From Aplysia californica (Eukaryota), in the NCBI RefSeq assembly GCF_000002075.1, contig NW_004797788.1, positions 432,894-496,893 on the forward strand: a DNA stretch of 64,000 nt. Reading direction: 5' to 3'. The translations under genes and the position numbers were made by a program. The notes under the pieces were generated by a model. That model was not told the DNA's origin and did not search any database. It worked only from the letters and a program-made list of their open reading frames with translations. Shown in pieces: positions 49,682 to 62,707 of the stretch (positions are counted from its first letter, which is position 1; the number at the start of each line of letters is the position of its first letter).

Positions 49682-50658
49682 GTAGGTATCCCTAATTTTT
49701 ATTGACTTCGAGATCCTTGTTTGTGACTTGTGGTTGTACTGACTGGATCTTCGTCACTTTCATGTCTGTGTGATATCATGTCGGCCCGATCTGTGTAGCT
49801 AACAAACTTCAACTTCAGTTAACGTTTGTAACTAGATCTATATAGATCTAACATTCTTGTGGTAAGATCTACCAGCTCCTTGCAAATCTTAATCAGTTAG
49901 CATTATAATTTAAGTCTCCAAATTAAATAGGCTCCTATCAATACTGTCGTCGAACTTATGGGTTCCGTAAGACAGCGGCGCTTTTTCGGTATAGTTCCCA
50001 CTCCGCAATTGTTATTCGCTGGTTTTTGGCCCCAAGAGAAGCAGGGGTTTCAGGGGGACAAGCCCCTGACCTAATAAAAATATGGTGGGGGGATTCAGGG
50101 GGGCATGCCCCCCTGAATTTTACCATAATTTGATGTTTTGCAGTTGTTAGGTTTGATATCTTAGCTCGCCGCGGATCAAACGCATTAGATGTAGATCTAG
50201 GCTCAAATAAGGCAGGTGGGAACTAAGGAAAAAGCACCCAGACAGCCACCCATTGTCGAGGAGAAAAGTGGCCGCCTTAGACAGGTCGTGGGCCATCTCT
50301 GGCAGGACTGATCTAAATGAAGAAAACATCTTTCCCTTCAGAGGTTTCTCCGCTAAAGATCCCGCTTACGTTCCCGGTCGCTTAAGATCCTGCTGTTGCA
50401 GAAATTTTATTACACAAAAATTATCACCAGTAAGATCCCATCTGGTTCACTCTGGAGGTCTACATCCGGTTAAGATAATCCGCCTTTCAGATCATAATTT
50501 ATAGAACAAAAAGCCGGGCGGGCACAGCCGATGAGTGAAAAGTTGAGATTGACATTGCACTGTCCGTCACGTCACAGATCAGCCAATCTTGTGAATGTGA
50601 TCTCATGTGCATTGTAGAACTCTATGAAAAATGGTACAGTGTTTGCCCCAGACGAGAT

Positions 50659-51073
50659 GAGAAGCCGTTCTGTGTCGGATGCAACACAGATTTTACCATT
50701 AGACACATCTTAACCGAATGTCTAGACTTTGGAGAGATCCGAAGGAAATACTATAAATGCAAGAAATTGCAAGACATTTTTTCCGTCGTTGTTCCCAGCA
50801 GAATTTTGAATTTTATAAAGGCTATTGGCCTTTATGGCAAATTGTAAAGTGAAATTGATACTATTTAAAATTTTTATGTTAACTAGAAAAATTGTTTTAG
50901 ATCGAAAATTTATATATATCTACACTGATATTTTAAAACATTTTAACATTTTAAAGGCTAAAAGCTAACCAACCGTGCAGTGAACTGTTGCGAATGCAAA
51001 CAACTAGTGTTTCGCGCGCTCATATGACCTTACGCAGTTGCGAGCGCCGTAAAACCCTATACTACTACTACTA
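50659..51073 (+). mobile_element. 5'-truncated I/Nimb-clade LINE (ORF2 C-terminal zinc knuckle, 3'UTR and (CTA)n tail)
   Basis: CVGCNTDFTIRHILTEC..RRKYY..ILNFIKAIGLYGKL* (CX2C..H..C); imperfect TSD CCCAGACGAGAT / CCGAGACGGGAT. Confidence 0.88.
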
Positions 51074-51604
51074 CCGAGACGGGATCACACGGAAGGGCAA
51101 TTCTGGATAAACATATGGCTCCTTGCGACTCAAGATAGGATAAAGTGAAAATGGCATGCCTCATGCCATAATATGATTGTGATTGGTCATGAAGGTTGAC
51201 CACTCATATGTCATAAACTCACCCAGGGGTCATGTCAGTTCAGTTTAGAGTGAAGGGAGACCATATGACGGGTTGTTAGCCTTAACATGGCTCACAGTTT
51301 ATACCTTCCCTTGGTGCGTTGGCTAAGATCACGTTCGCCTAAGATCGTGCATTTTCCTTGCTCCCGAGCACCGTGATCTTAGGCAGAGACTACTACTGTA
51401 TTATGGTTTTTCTTCTTTTGAAAAAGCATTGGGGGGAAGAATAAAGATAGTTTTTTATGCTACTTTATTTGTTGCAAGCTTTGTCCAGTTGTAAAACAAA
51501 ACGTACAAAAATTATCAGACGAGGAAGCTAGCTAGACTGTCGAGTGACTGAGTGCCATGGTAAAAGAAACAAATTGGTCGCCACCACGAGCGACACTTTT
51601 GTCG

Positions 51605-52120
51605 CAAGTTTTTTGTTTGTTTTGTAAGTGTTCGCAACTGCATAAGTTCAAATGAGCGCGCAAGACACATTATAAACATTTTCAGTTGGTAGGAAATTTT
51701 GAATATTGCCCGGGTGGTGACTGAAGCCTACTCTTATTGAATTTGGACCACCAAGGGATCTTTAACATGCTCAACTTGCACATGGGAGCTCCGAGATTTT
51801 TCACCCTTGTCCGAGAAGGCAACGTGTAGATCTTTCACCATAAGATTAGAGGTGTGGCTGAAAGACAACAATAAGAAGAAGGAGCCAAGGAGTAGCAGTA
51901 GACTGCAGAAAGAGCCAGGAGCCAAGGAGGAGGCAAAGGTGAGAGGATGGGGGCAGAAAGTGGAGACGAAAGCAGACGACAGAACATTGCTAGAGAGCAG
52001 GAAAGGAGGATGAAAGGAAACAAATTTAGAGAAGAAAATTTTCCGTCGCTATCCGGATTTGAACCCGGGACCTATTGGATGAGAGGTGAACACTTTAACC
52101 TCCAGACCACGAGAGCCCCC
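51605..52120 (-). mobile_element. tRNA-headed SINE family A, copy 2
   Basis: Minus strand reads GGGGGCTCTCGTGGTCTGGAGG (A box)..CTCTCA..GGTTCAAATCC (B box); same body and tail as 43968-44475. Confidence 0.88.
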
Positions 52121-52928
52121 CTGCATGAAACAGCTCAGTATGACCTGTTCGAAACCTCTGGGACTTCATCGTGAAGGATGTATTATTGTGCTGACTCGCA
52201 GGCACTACCTTTGTTGTTTCTTTTACTTGTACTGAATGCCGTTAAATTTCTGTCTGCCCCGCTCAATATCAGCTACGAGGCTCGAAAGACAAAAAAGTGA
52301 CTTTTCATGAAATTTTTGTTTTTTGGATCTATTGAAAGTTTGATGTCTTCTGCTTCATTTAAGATAAAAATAAACAACTATAATCGACTATAAATATTTT
52401 ATTTTGATTTATTTTGGAGGTGTGTGTGGTTTGTTGTGAGCTTGGGTGACGAGATAAAGGAATTTGGACCTTGCTAGTGTGTAGGTGTGAGATTATTTTT
52501 TGAACCATTACCTTATGGCCACCTTTGCTTTGACCAAATATCGTGTATAGTAGAGAATCTTTCCTTCAAAGTTTTTCATTCGCAGCTATTTTTAGATTTT
52601 GACCCCTTTTCGAGCATGAATGGTCAGAAATTTAAACAACTCTGATTTGTAAAACGGAGTAAAAACGGTCACTTTTGGCTCACCTCAAGCTTGTTTACGT
52701 TAACAGCTGACTGTGTGGGCGTGCCCTGCTAGCTGTTATCATCTGTTGATCTTTCAGTTTTACACTTGGATTGACTTTTAAAATCCGTTTTCATTGTGTT
52801 TTAGAGCTTTTAAAAGATTAATTAACCTTCCTCTAGATCTCTCAAAGCAGACTCCTTACCAAGAGGCCAGCGAGGCGGTCTATGTGCATATGTGTTGGTG
52901 TGTTTGTATGTGTGTGTGTGTGTTTATA

Positions 52929-52975
<47 letters not shown>

Positions 52976-54189
52976 ATGTGTGCTCTTGTATGTTTATGGT
53001 GCTATTGCAAACGTATAATTAGGTAGTATAAACACGGCATGTAAGCAGACTGGCGGCCTTCCGAGCGCATGATTTCGGTGAAAAGGGGGCAATTCAGAGC
53101 TCTGTTCCTTCGCTCTTTTGCTATAAACACCAAATGCTGAACACTTTGAAAAACTTCAGGTTTTCTTCGTTACAATAGTGCAATGTTTGTTTATATCCGA
53201 GTATTTGGAGCTGGAGAATCGCCATGGAAAGGGAAGCCCTCGCGGTCGGAATGCGAGGTCGGCAGGTTCAATATTGAAACCCATGCATTCGAATGCTTTG
53301 CAGGAAGATTCATGTTTTAATACCGTCTTTTCATTTGCGGAGAGCTATACTGCTTTGAGCTTGGTTTCCCGTGGTTATTATTTTTGGCCTTTGGCGTTTT
53401 TGGATAGAAAATCTTGAAAAAAGTGTCTAAATTTTTAAAGATCATTTTTAACACGAAGTGTGTAAAATACTGGCAAAAAAAATTCAATAGAAAGAACGAT
53501 TCTTTTTCTATTAGAATAAAGTCGTTGGCTTGGAATTATTTTGCTTGAATCCTTCCGCGAAATTCCGGGGAGTACTCAGTATACTACAGTATAGCCGACT
53601 CGTCTGCCGCGGAGACTGATGCGGCGCCGGCCGAGACAACGTTCGGTGTTTTTATTGAAATAACGACAGATCATCGTGTTTGAGGCAATAGAAAACTGAT
53701 TTGTAATGCTCTCACAGTCTTTAAAAAAAAAAAAGGCTTCATTTCTTTGTTATTCTGATTGTACTCTGTTAATGTAGAGATGTTTGGTGCACTTGGTACT
53801 CATTTATTATCTGTTAATCATGGGGTTGCAGCCAGTTAGCGACTTCAGCAATATTTGATTATTATGTTAAATTGAAACAGCTGCCATTCTCTAAAACGTT
53901 GACTGAGAGTTATAAAAGTATGGTATCAAAATTCTCAGGAGGCATAGGCCTTTCATATGAAACAGACGAATTTGACATACAGCTACTTTGAAAAATTAGT
54001 ATCTGGTATCTAGCATAACGCTAATATTTTGTTGTATTTGACGTGAAGTCCATTCTCGTGAAAATTTTGTTTTGTCCATAAGTTTTTTCTCTGTATATGA
54101 ATAGTTTTCTACTTCCGTATATTACCTTGTAGTGGCATAGACAAGATAACTGCTAAATTTCAAGTCTCTATCTCAATTCTAAGACCCCT

Positions 54190-54203
54190 GTTGCTATGGA
54201 AAC
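54190..54203. promoter_or_regulatory. Consensus RFX X-box in gene 2 intron 1
   Basis: GTTGCTATGGAAAC; may lie inside a repeat. Confidence 0.4.
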
Positions 54204-54416
54204 ATGTTGATCAACTTCAGAGGCCATATTCTCCTTTTCGTGTTTCCTCACCTCACACAATTAAAAGTTCTGTATTTTCGTCAAATATGGTAATATTTAC
54301 TTCATTCTTATTTTAATTGTAGGGAAAAGGTGATAGTTTTTGAAAATAACGTTAACTCAGTTTTGAAATTTTCTTCATATGACTGATATTGACCGGCAGG
54401 GACACATTTGAGTTTT

Positions 54417-54600
54417 GTGGGCGGTTGGCGGGTGCTCTGGTGTGGTTTACTCCTTCTTTCCTTCAAATGTCTGTCGTCCTTTTCTCCCCTTCTTCTTTTT
54501 TATGTTTGTTACTCTCTCGTAAAACCTCAAATCTTCTGGCGCTCATATGACCTTGCAGTTGCGAGCGCCGTAAAACCTCTACTAAAACAAATAAAACAAA
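54417..54600 (+). mobile_element. Short retroposon family C, copy 1 (I/Nimb tail)
   Basis: TSD ATTTGAGTTTT (54406-54416 / 54601-54611); homologous to 62708-62883. Confidence 0.85.
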
Positions 54601-54713
54601 ATTTGAGTTTTTTGTTGCTATACTGTAATGTATTTTCGCATTATCTAAATTTTTTGCAGATGGCCATTAGGGCAGGTTTGACTGTACATTAGGACAACCA
54701 CAAAGTTCTCTTT

Positions 54714-55222
54714 TTCTTCTTTGCATTCCCTGCTAGATCTCAGTTAGTTGACTGCTGGTTCTTCTCTGATTATAGTGTAATTTTTTGGATGCAAAACAAG
54801 ACCCTTGCTTTAGAAGTCCTGTGAAAATCACTCTAGGAAGTCTTTGAAGAGCTTTTCTTGCAACTGCTTCAATTTTTTTTTTTACAAAATCTGTAAAAGA
54901 TCAAATGAAGTTGTCCAGTTTAATGATGCCAATAATCAACATCTATTGTTTGCTGATCTTATTCTTCTTTGCATGCCCTGCTAGATCTCAGTGGTAGTTG
55001 ACTGCTGGTTTTTCTCTGATTATAGTGATAGTTTTTTGGATGCAAAACAAGACCCTTGCTTTAAAAGTCCCGTGAAAATCACTCTTTGAAGTCTTTGAAG
55101 AGCTTTTCTGTTTCTTGCTACTGCTTCAATTTCTCTTTTACAAAATCTTATAAAAGATAAAATGAAGTTATCTAGTTCAATGGTGCTAATAATCAACAAC
55201 TATTGTTTCCCGATCTTAGTTC
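54714..55222. repeat. Diverged tandem duplication of a ~250-bp unit
   Basis: TTCTTTGCAT.CCCTGCTAGATCTCAG...GATCTTA appears twice, head to tail. Confidence 0.9.
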
Positions 55223-56049
55223 AAAATGATTTCAAATTACGCTGTTGCTCAAATGCAATTGTTCTGGGTTTTTACACAGTGCATCTGAGAGAATTGAGCA
55301 TCTTTGAGGCTAGGCAGTTGATGCTATTTAACAGAGGTCAACATTAAGGCCCTCCTATATAGCAAACCCCATTATACTCTCAGCTTCCTTCTCATCCCAA
55401 GGTTGACGGTATAACCTGATTTGACTGAACTGAGGAATATATATCTTTAACTAATTAATTAATTTTTTTTTTGAGGGGAAGGGGAGAAGACAAAAGTATG
55501 GTTAATTATTATTTTGGTTTAGATTTAATTTATTTCATTGAATTAAAAAAATGGGCTGAATTTTGGAACTTTTCATAAAAATTCTTACTAATCTACCATC
55601 AATTCAAAAGAGTCTGTAGACGCAGAGATTAGGTTGAACAAATTGTCTGATTCTATTCTTATTAGTTGATAAGCTCCTGTGTCACCCTCTGTGCAAACAG
55701 GCCAAAACTGCAAAGGGAGATCATCTCAGTGGCCATTGAGAAAATAAAGTTGTCATGCTCCGCATTATAGGGGCTAAGGACCAGAGAACCAACTTGCACT
55801 CTTAGGGTTTTCCTTAGTGGCATTTAAAATGTTCTGTTCTCTGTTTTTGTATCTAAAGGGGCATCTTAAGTTTAGTTCGTCAAGAATTTGTCTTTTCCTC
55901 CCCATTTTTAAAAACGAAACGAGAACAACATCTTTCCTACCAGCTTTTAGAGTAATCTTACAGACAGGTCTTTAGAAAATGCAAGAAGGGAACAAGTGGA
56001 AGTTTTTAGTCTGTATTGTAATCATAGTATTTGAATACTGCTGTTACAG

Positions 56050-56277
56050 CCTGAAATGCCACAAGATGTAAAACATTCACCCAGTGGGCACCAAGGCGGA
56101 AGTTTGCCAGCTTCAGAAGAGTATGATCCAGACTTCATCTCCTTCATGGTGAAACTCAAATTGAAAACTGTCTGTCCTTTGCAAATGCAAATGGATGCAG
56201 ATAGAATTGTTTTCTTGAAGGGTAAAGCTCAGAGGCAGACTGATATGCATAATGCTTTGCGGGATGCTGAGAAGAAG
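56050..56277 (+). CDS. Gene 2 (unidentified) exon (PEMPQDVKHSP...HNALRDAEKK)
   Basis: gttacag| acceptor, AAG|gttagt donor, 228 nt open, phase 0-0, protein-like composition (ORF 56056..56304). Confidence 0.75.
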
Positions 56278-57874
56278 GTTAGTGTTATTCGTAATGAAAA
56301 GTGAGCTCGTCTTTAACAAAGTATATGAAAAATGGAACTCCAATTCTACTTAAATCTTTGTTATTTAAACAAGTATGTTAATCTTGTATTTTTTTGTTGT
56401 TGCGTTCTTCACATTTTTGCTTCTTTCACGGCTTCACTTTTCTCTCGATTCTGTGACTTTTAGTTAGCGTGACTCAGCAGCCCGCCGAAACTCCCCAGCA
56501 TCAGGGTCTCAGGTTTAATGAGCCCTGAAGCGACTTTGCTGGTTTCGGTTAAGAAGTTAGCATTTTTGTCTACATTTGAAATGATATAACTTCTTCCCCA
56601 TCCCACACAGCAAATCATTACAGTGATGTATTAAAAGCTCAATGTTTTGAGATTTATTCTGCGTTAGAATGGTTAATTTTTGTGCATTAGTTTTTGTTCT
56701 AGACAAATGTTTATAGAGTGCCCAATATGTCCCATTTAGTTATATACTTATGAATAAATGATTGTTTATTTAAAAACAGCACGACAGATCTCTCCTAAAT
56801 CTGTGTTATCAAGCTGACTACATATATCATAATCATGTCTTTTACCATGAGGAATCTTAAATCTGCGCGGGTAGTAATAGTCAAGTTATAAGAGAAGAAA
56901 GATGCACTTTTGCATTTTTTGACAAAATACTCTCAGCGTTGGCTCTTATTTTACTATTAAACAAGAGAAAGGCACTCTAAATTTGTTCATGAATCATGCT
57001 GTGTCTGTGGCAGCTTGCATACTAATAAGAAAGATATATTTTGCGATTTTAAAAAACTACAAAAACTTTGTAAATGCATGGGAGATAAACTTCTTGCATG
57101 GAATAAAAACAATGAAAGCTAACACATTTATTCTTAATTTTGTGTCGGAAATATATGCACAGACACTTAAGAATGTAAAGAAATCAGATTAACGCTGTCA
57201 GTTATTACAAATGGTCTAGAAACGAAATTAAAAGCTGGAAAAGTCTAGTGCTGATTCAGTGCCACTGGAAAGCTAGAAATTATTCTGGAAACCCAGTTAC
57301 GATAAGTCATCCCTTTTATTCAGTCGACTTAGAAAACCTAATCCTAGCGTTGTAAGAATAGTTAGAATTTAAGGAGTGTAACAGATAGGCTACTGCTCGT
57401 GTATTGCACTGTAGATGTATTCTGGCTCTAAAATCGATTTGTACTTCTTCATAGATAGAGACACTACAGGGTAATTTCTATAAACTTCCGAGAAAACATG
57501 GGAATATTCACGATTGTATTAGATACATAAAGTTGTATGTGGAGGAATAATTAATTCTAAGCGAATTTTGTGCCAGATGGATAAAGTTGTAAAATTACAT
57601 CTTTCTATTATATGCGCTGATACCATCTTTTCTGAGTATCTCCTTCAATGTTTTGTTGTTCATGTTCCAAAAGTTTAACAGTTTTTGTCATGCCGTTTCT
57701 TTTAATATTGATTTTTTTCATTCACTCTTGTCTGAAAAATTTTACAATATAGCTTTGCTGACTTCAGCGCGTCTAATGAAATATCTAGACAAGTTACAAT
57801 GTCCGTTCCTTTTTGAGTCTCAAGAGCAGAAATGCATAATTACCATGAATACAAGGATGCACCTAAAATTTTAA

Positions 57875-58220
57875 ATTGAAAAGTACGAAAAGCTAAGTCA
57901 GCCCAGACAGGGCGGCGACAGGGAGCTGAACCCTGTGACCCTGACGTGATAAGGCATTCGGCAGGGAACCCCTCACTGCAACAAATTCCGTTGCTGGTGC
58001 CCGTGCTTTGTGTAGCAAAGATTATGTGTTTAGGAATGCAACTATCTGCATGTTTGTCTGCAAGAATTTTAAGATGAGCAATCAATGTTCAGATAAGAAC
58101 ATCCAATCCCAGCAGAAAGACCGAGATACTTGATAAAAATGTTCTGCCCTCTTGGGAATTGAATTCGTGTCTCTTGCATTTGACTGCGGAGCACCTAACT
58201 GCTACACCATAGGCACTGGT
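57875..58220 (-). mobile_element. tRNA-headed SINE of another family
   Basis: Minus strand TATGGTGTAGCAGTTAGG..GAATTCAATTCCC resembles A/B boxes, followed by a GC-richer body. Confidence 0.55.
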
Positions 58221-59245
58221 TATGGAAGAGTGAACACACACACAAAAATTTGGGGTAAGGGGGGAAGAAAGGGGGAGGAGAGAGAAAAATAACATTATAC
58301 CGATGATTTCTTATTTGTAAAATCGTATTCAAGCATGTTACTTTGTATGGACCAAATGCAATAACAAAATAATGAGAGAAATCCAGCTTTTTAAGGGTAC
58401 CAACCTGAACCTTGCCATTAGTGTTCTCTGAAGAGCCACTTTCATTGTTAGTTAAGTCAACAGTTAGAATTGACTCCTGTTAGTGCTGTTGTAACATTTC
58501 TAGAATTTTAGCTCTTTTCCTACATAATTTTTTTCAGTGAACACTTAGTCAGAACGTAGTTGTCAATAAACAAATAACCCAAAAACAAATTAAAGAGATT
58601 GCCCTAATATTCTTCTTCCATTAAAGAAAGGGGTACTATGGATGGAGAGAATTGGAAGTGAGGTGTAAGAGTCTCATGCTCTTGGTGCAAGACTCAAATT
58701 GACTTTTTTGATGTGATTGATAATCCAGATGAAGAACTAATTTAGACTTTAAAATCTAGGTTAGATCTTCCATTCATTGCCTACACAGCTTCTGCTCTGT
58801 GGAGAGTGCACCGAACTCTTTCATGTCATTTTATTTGTTCTTCAGAGGAAAACTTTTGTGACTCTGAATGACTACAGTTCGAGGCATCTTTTGTTTCATC
58901 GATTACTTACATATGATGCTGATGTTATATTTTTTTCAAAAAGCATACGGTCACAGTACAATTTATCCAATATTTCCCAAACCTATATATTTAAAAAAAA
59001 GAAAATTGGACCAGCAGCCTTTTTTCCGACACTAAAATACTCAGCCAGTAATTAAACATTTTTTTTTGTGTGTGCGAATTTTCTATCTTTTGTTTTGTCA
59101 GTTGAGTTGAGTAACAATTCTGCATTGTGCAGTGCTTAGCGCCTTCCCTTACGGAATAATGCATAAATAGTCATTATTATTATTATTGTTATTATTTATT
59201 ATTTGGTTTATTATTATCATTATTTTTTAAAAAATATTATCATCA

Positions 59246-59286
<41 letters not shown>

Positions 59287-59810
59287 GTCATTATTATTAA
59301 TATTATTTTTACTATTATTACTATTGTTTTTGTTATAATAATTATTATTCTTTCCGACTTTGGTTCTGTTTTCTTTTCATAGCTCTTAGAATAGCATACT
59401 TTCACTTTCACCAAAACTGAAATTGCTAGGACTAAAGTTACCTCAACTTCTTGGCCTCTAATGATTACAGTAAAAAATCAAGTAAACTATCTATTCTTTA
59501 TATCAATATCATCATGCACTTGTGCTTTATGAAAGAAGGTAAACTTACATGGTCTTTGAAAAGTTGGCAAGAAAATAGGTGATAAAATTTGGATAACCCA
59601 CATTGATTTATATACTTCAACCAGTTTTGTAGTCACTACAATAACTGAATTATTGTGATAAATGAAAATTTAATTTCTAATGGCCCACAAATGAATTGTG
59701 CACTTTGTAGCAAACAAGCACACAGTTTTTGTCAAATTTCAATCAAAACTTTTAGTGCATGCCAAAGTCTTTTGTGTCAATTTTGATAAATTACCTGGTA
59801 CCTTTCTCAG

Positions 59811-59924
59811 GTACTTGACTGCAGGGATTTTCTGAGCAGTCTTACGCGGGATAAAGTTGGGACAGATACGCTGAGGATGGAAGAGGATAACGTTTCAACT
59901 AAGTTTGTGGTTACCATGGACGAG
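59811..59924 (+). CDS. Gene 2 (unidentified) exon (VLDCRDFLSSLTRDKVGTDTLRMEEDNVSTKFVVTMDE); gene continues beyond the window
   Basis: cctttctcag| acceptor, GAG|gtaatg donor, 114 nt, phase 0-0. Confidence 0.75.
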
Positions 59925-60740
59925 GTAATGTCATACATAATTGGTTGTTGTTACTGTTGTTGGCGATGGAGCAGTTCTTTTTGCTGATGAAGTTGTTAAT
60001 GTTTGGATTGTTGTTTTTAGTGATGATTGTGCTATCATTGTCTCACTCGGTCCAATAAGCCTTTGTTTTTTTTGCTGTTTAGTGAAATGCTGTGTTATAA
60101 AAGGTGTCCTTTTGCATTGCTATAAAAAAATTCCTGTACTTTGTATAAACCTTCTTTTGTTCTTAATGGGACTACATTGAAGAGTGTTTCATTCTATGCA
60201 TAATTTACGTTTGTCTAGGCTTCTTGCTTTAATTTGATCAATAAGTTTAATTAATTGTGTTTTATTTAAAAGGTGAAGCTTTGAACTCTTTTTACGTTTT
60301 GCTCTGCGCCAGCTCTCAGTTCTCAAACAATTTATACCAAAGAAAAAGAATTCACCATTATTGCAAGCCATTTGGGCATCACCACTAGCGATATCAGCTT
60401 TGTGCATCTTTACGTTTTACCTCCAGAGAGGTATCTGAGGTATTCTAAGATGTCCAAAACCACCCAACTCTGCCAGAGATATTGGACAAATGTGAGAAAA
60501 ACTTCAGATGAAGAGGGGTGACTTTGGATAGTGTGTTTCATGTATCAAATTTTTTTTTTGAGAGGCAAAACTTTGACATAGCAGACATCTATACACCTAC
60601 CTTTTGTCTGATGTGTGAAAGTGTATTTCACACTCACTGGAAATCGTAGAAAACAGTATTCCAACCCTATCTATAAACCAGTATGCTTTTATGCACATGT
60701 TATTTGTTTACTTGAAATCTCTCCTTATCATTGTAAAACA

Positions 60741-61104
60741 CCCGCCCCCGGGGCAGTGCTACCGCCTGAAGTGTCTTTAGGCCATTCCCAAAGGGAGACA
60801 TTAACATGGTCTTATGCTCAGCAGAATTGCAAATGAACTGCAACAGGGAACTGCAGCTTTTTCTTTCCTAATCCTTACCATCGTTATTTTTCCTCTACTT
60901 CTGTTGTATGTTTGTACTCTCTTGACCCGCTATTTCTAGGGTGCCTTGACAGTCGAAGCAGATGTTGTGCTGTTGAAGCTAGAGAGGTGAGCATAGTAAG
61001 CCTGATTCCCTGTATGGACTTGTCTGTTGACATCCTCCCCTTGGCGCTCGTATGACCTTATGCATTTGCGATCGCCGGAAAAATTCTACTAAAACTAAAC
61101 TAAA
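60741..61104 (+). mobile_element. Retroposon family B, copy 3
   Basis: TSD CATTGTAAAACA (60729-60740 / 61105-61116); I/Nimb tail plus (CTAAA)n. Confidence 0.88.
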
Positions 61105-62707
61105 CATTGTAAAACAAAGCTCAGTGATACCTGTAATAAGCAGCTAGTTTTTACAGTGATAAAAGAGATAAAAAGAGTTCTTTGCCATGTTAGTTTCTGA
61201 GTCTGTCAACGTCTGGATTGGGTGAGAGCACAGCATTCATGAAAGTGCTCCATTTGCTAAGCTCTTATCTCTTTTTCTTTCTGAGGGATGAACTCGGGTT
61301 CTAATCCAGGTATGGTTTTTCTTGAACATGGGCTGTTTGATGAGTTTTCATGGCTCCCCATTATGTCCTAACGGAAAGGGGCAGAAAATTGGAGATCCAC
61401 CATCTCAAATGACCTGACAGTTATATAGTGTTATGGATGGGGGGGGGGTATACCACAACCAACTCAAGAAAGGTGCAGGAAACAAAGTTGGCTGATTAGA
61501 AAATGCTGCTCAGAATTTTTTTTTCAAAATTAGCTTCAAATATGTTGCTCTTTGTTTAATCTTTTGGAAATGAAATTCAAATGCACTGGAGACTTCAATT
61601 AGAATAGAAACAGTAACGGATGTCAAGGATTTCCATTTTAAAGGCAAACTTGTAGGAGCTGTTTGACCTTTTTGTTTAACCTTGAGTTGGAGGAGGAAGA
61701 ACTGCTCTCATTTTACAATGGCCAAATCTTCCACAGGTGGATTGATGAAAGCACTGGCAATCTTATTAGATTTACGATTGACTTAGGTAAGAAACTTAAA
61801 GTCACCCTCTTCATCGTTCTCTGACACCATTTTCACGACGAAGTGGACACCGTTCTCAGTGATCCAAAGTTCAATGACAACAAAGTTACATTCTTTAGGT
61901 TCTACGGGAAAGGTGCCACTTTCAATCCAGAGTCCAGAAAGCCAGTCTTTTCCGGTAGATTTTGTTCATATGCCAGATTTCTGACATGGTCACATTGTTC
62001 ATCAAGACAAAGGACATATAGCATATTATTATGAGAAACATCAGGTTTGAAGAACACCCTTCTACATTTTGTCTAAGACTCTGAGAGTTTCTTCCCCAGA
62101 GGATCATCAAGAGGGGGGGGGCTTATGAAACCTGGTACTTGTCAAAATCATGAAATCGAAAAAACTGACATTTTTCAGCCCATTGTTTATTTTTATCTTT
62201 GTTTTTTTTTTTTTTTGCTCAACACCTTTTATGCCCTTCTGAAAACACATTTATGTGTGTATTTTGCTGAAAAACTTCAATCAAAGGCACGGAAATGGTA
62301 AATTTGCTATTTTCAAGGACACTCAAGCTTTGGAAGTCATTTAACTTTGGCACCATTTTCTGGCTAAGTTTACTTTTGACCCCAGGGGACACCCATCTCC
62401 TTCAATCACAAATATCTCGGCCTTGATTCAAGATAGATGGTTATTATTTTTTCGTCAAATGTCAAAAGCAAGATAAATGAATCAATAACTCCATATGCCC
62501 AAAAATTGAGGAGTGCCTTATTCCACCATGTCTTGACACATTAAAAAAAGGTTAATTCTTACTTGTGGTTTACTAGATTCAACAGCACATTCTGTTATCT
62601 TCAGACTTTTTTTTCACAACTGAAATTTCAGACAGTCCAGTATACCTATACATCTAATATGTTTTGCTATTTTATATCTTGTATTGTTTGACAGCTGAGA
62701 GACTGAC

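Noticed and set aside
52040-52120. tRNA-Glu-like sequence (also about 43970-44045 and 58140-58220)
   Set aside because: Poor cloverleaf and continuous with SINE bodies; these are SINE heads, not tRNA genes.
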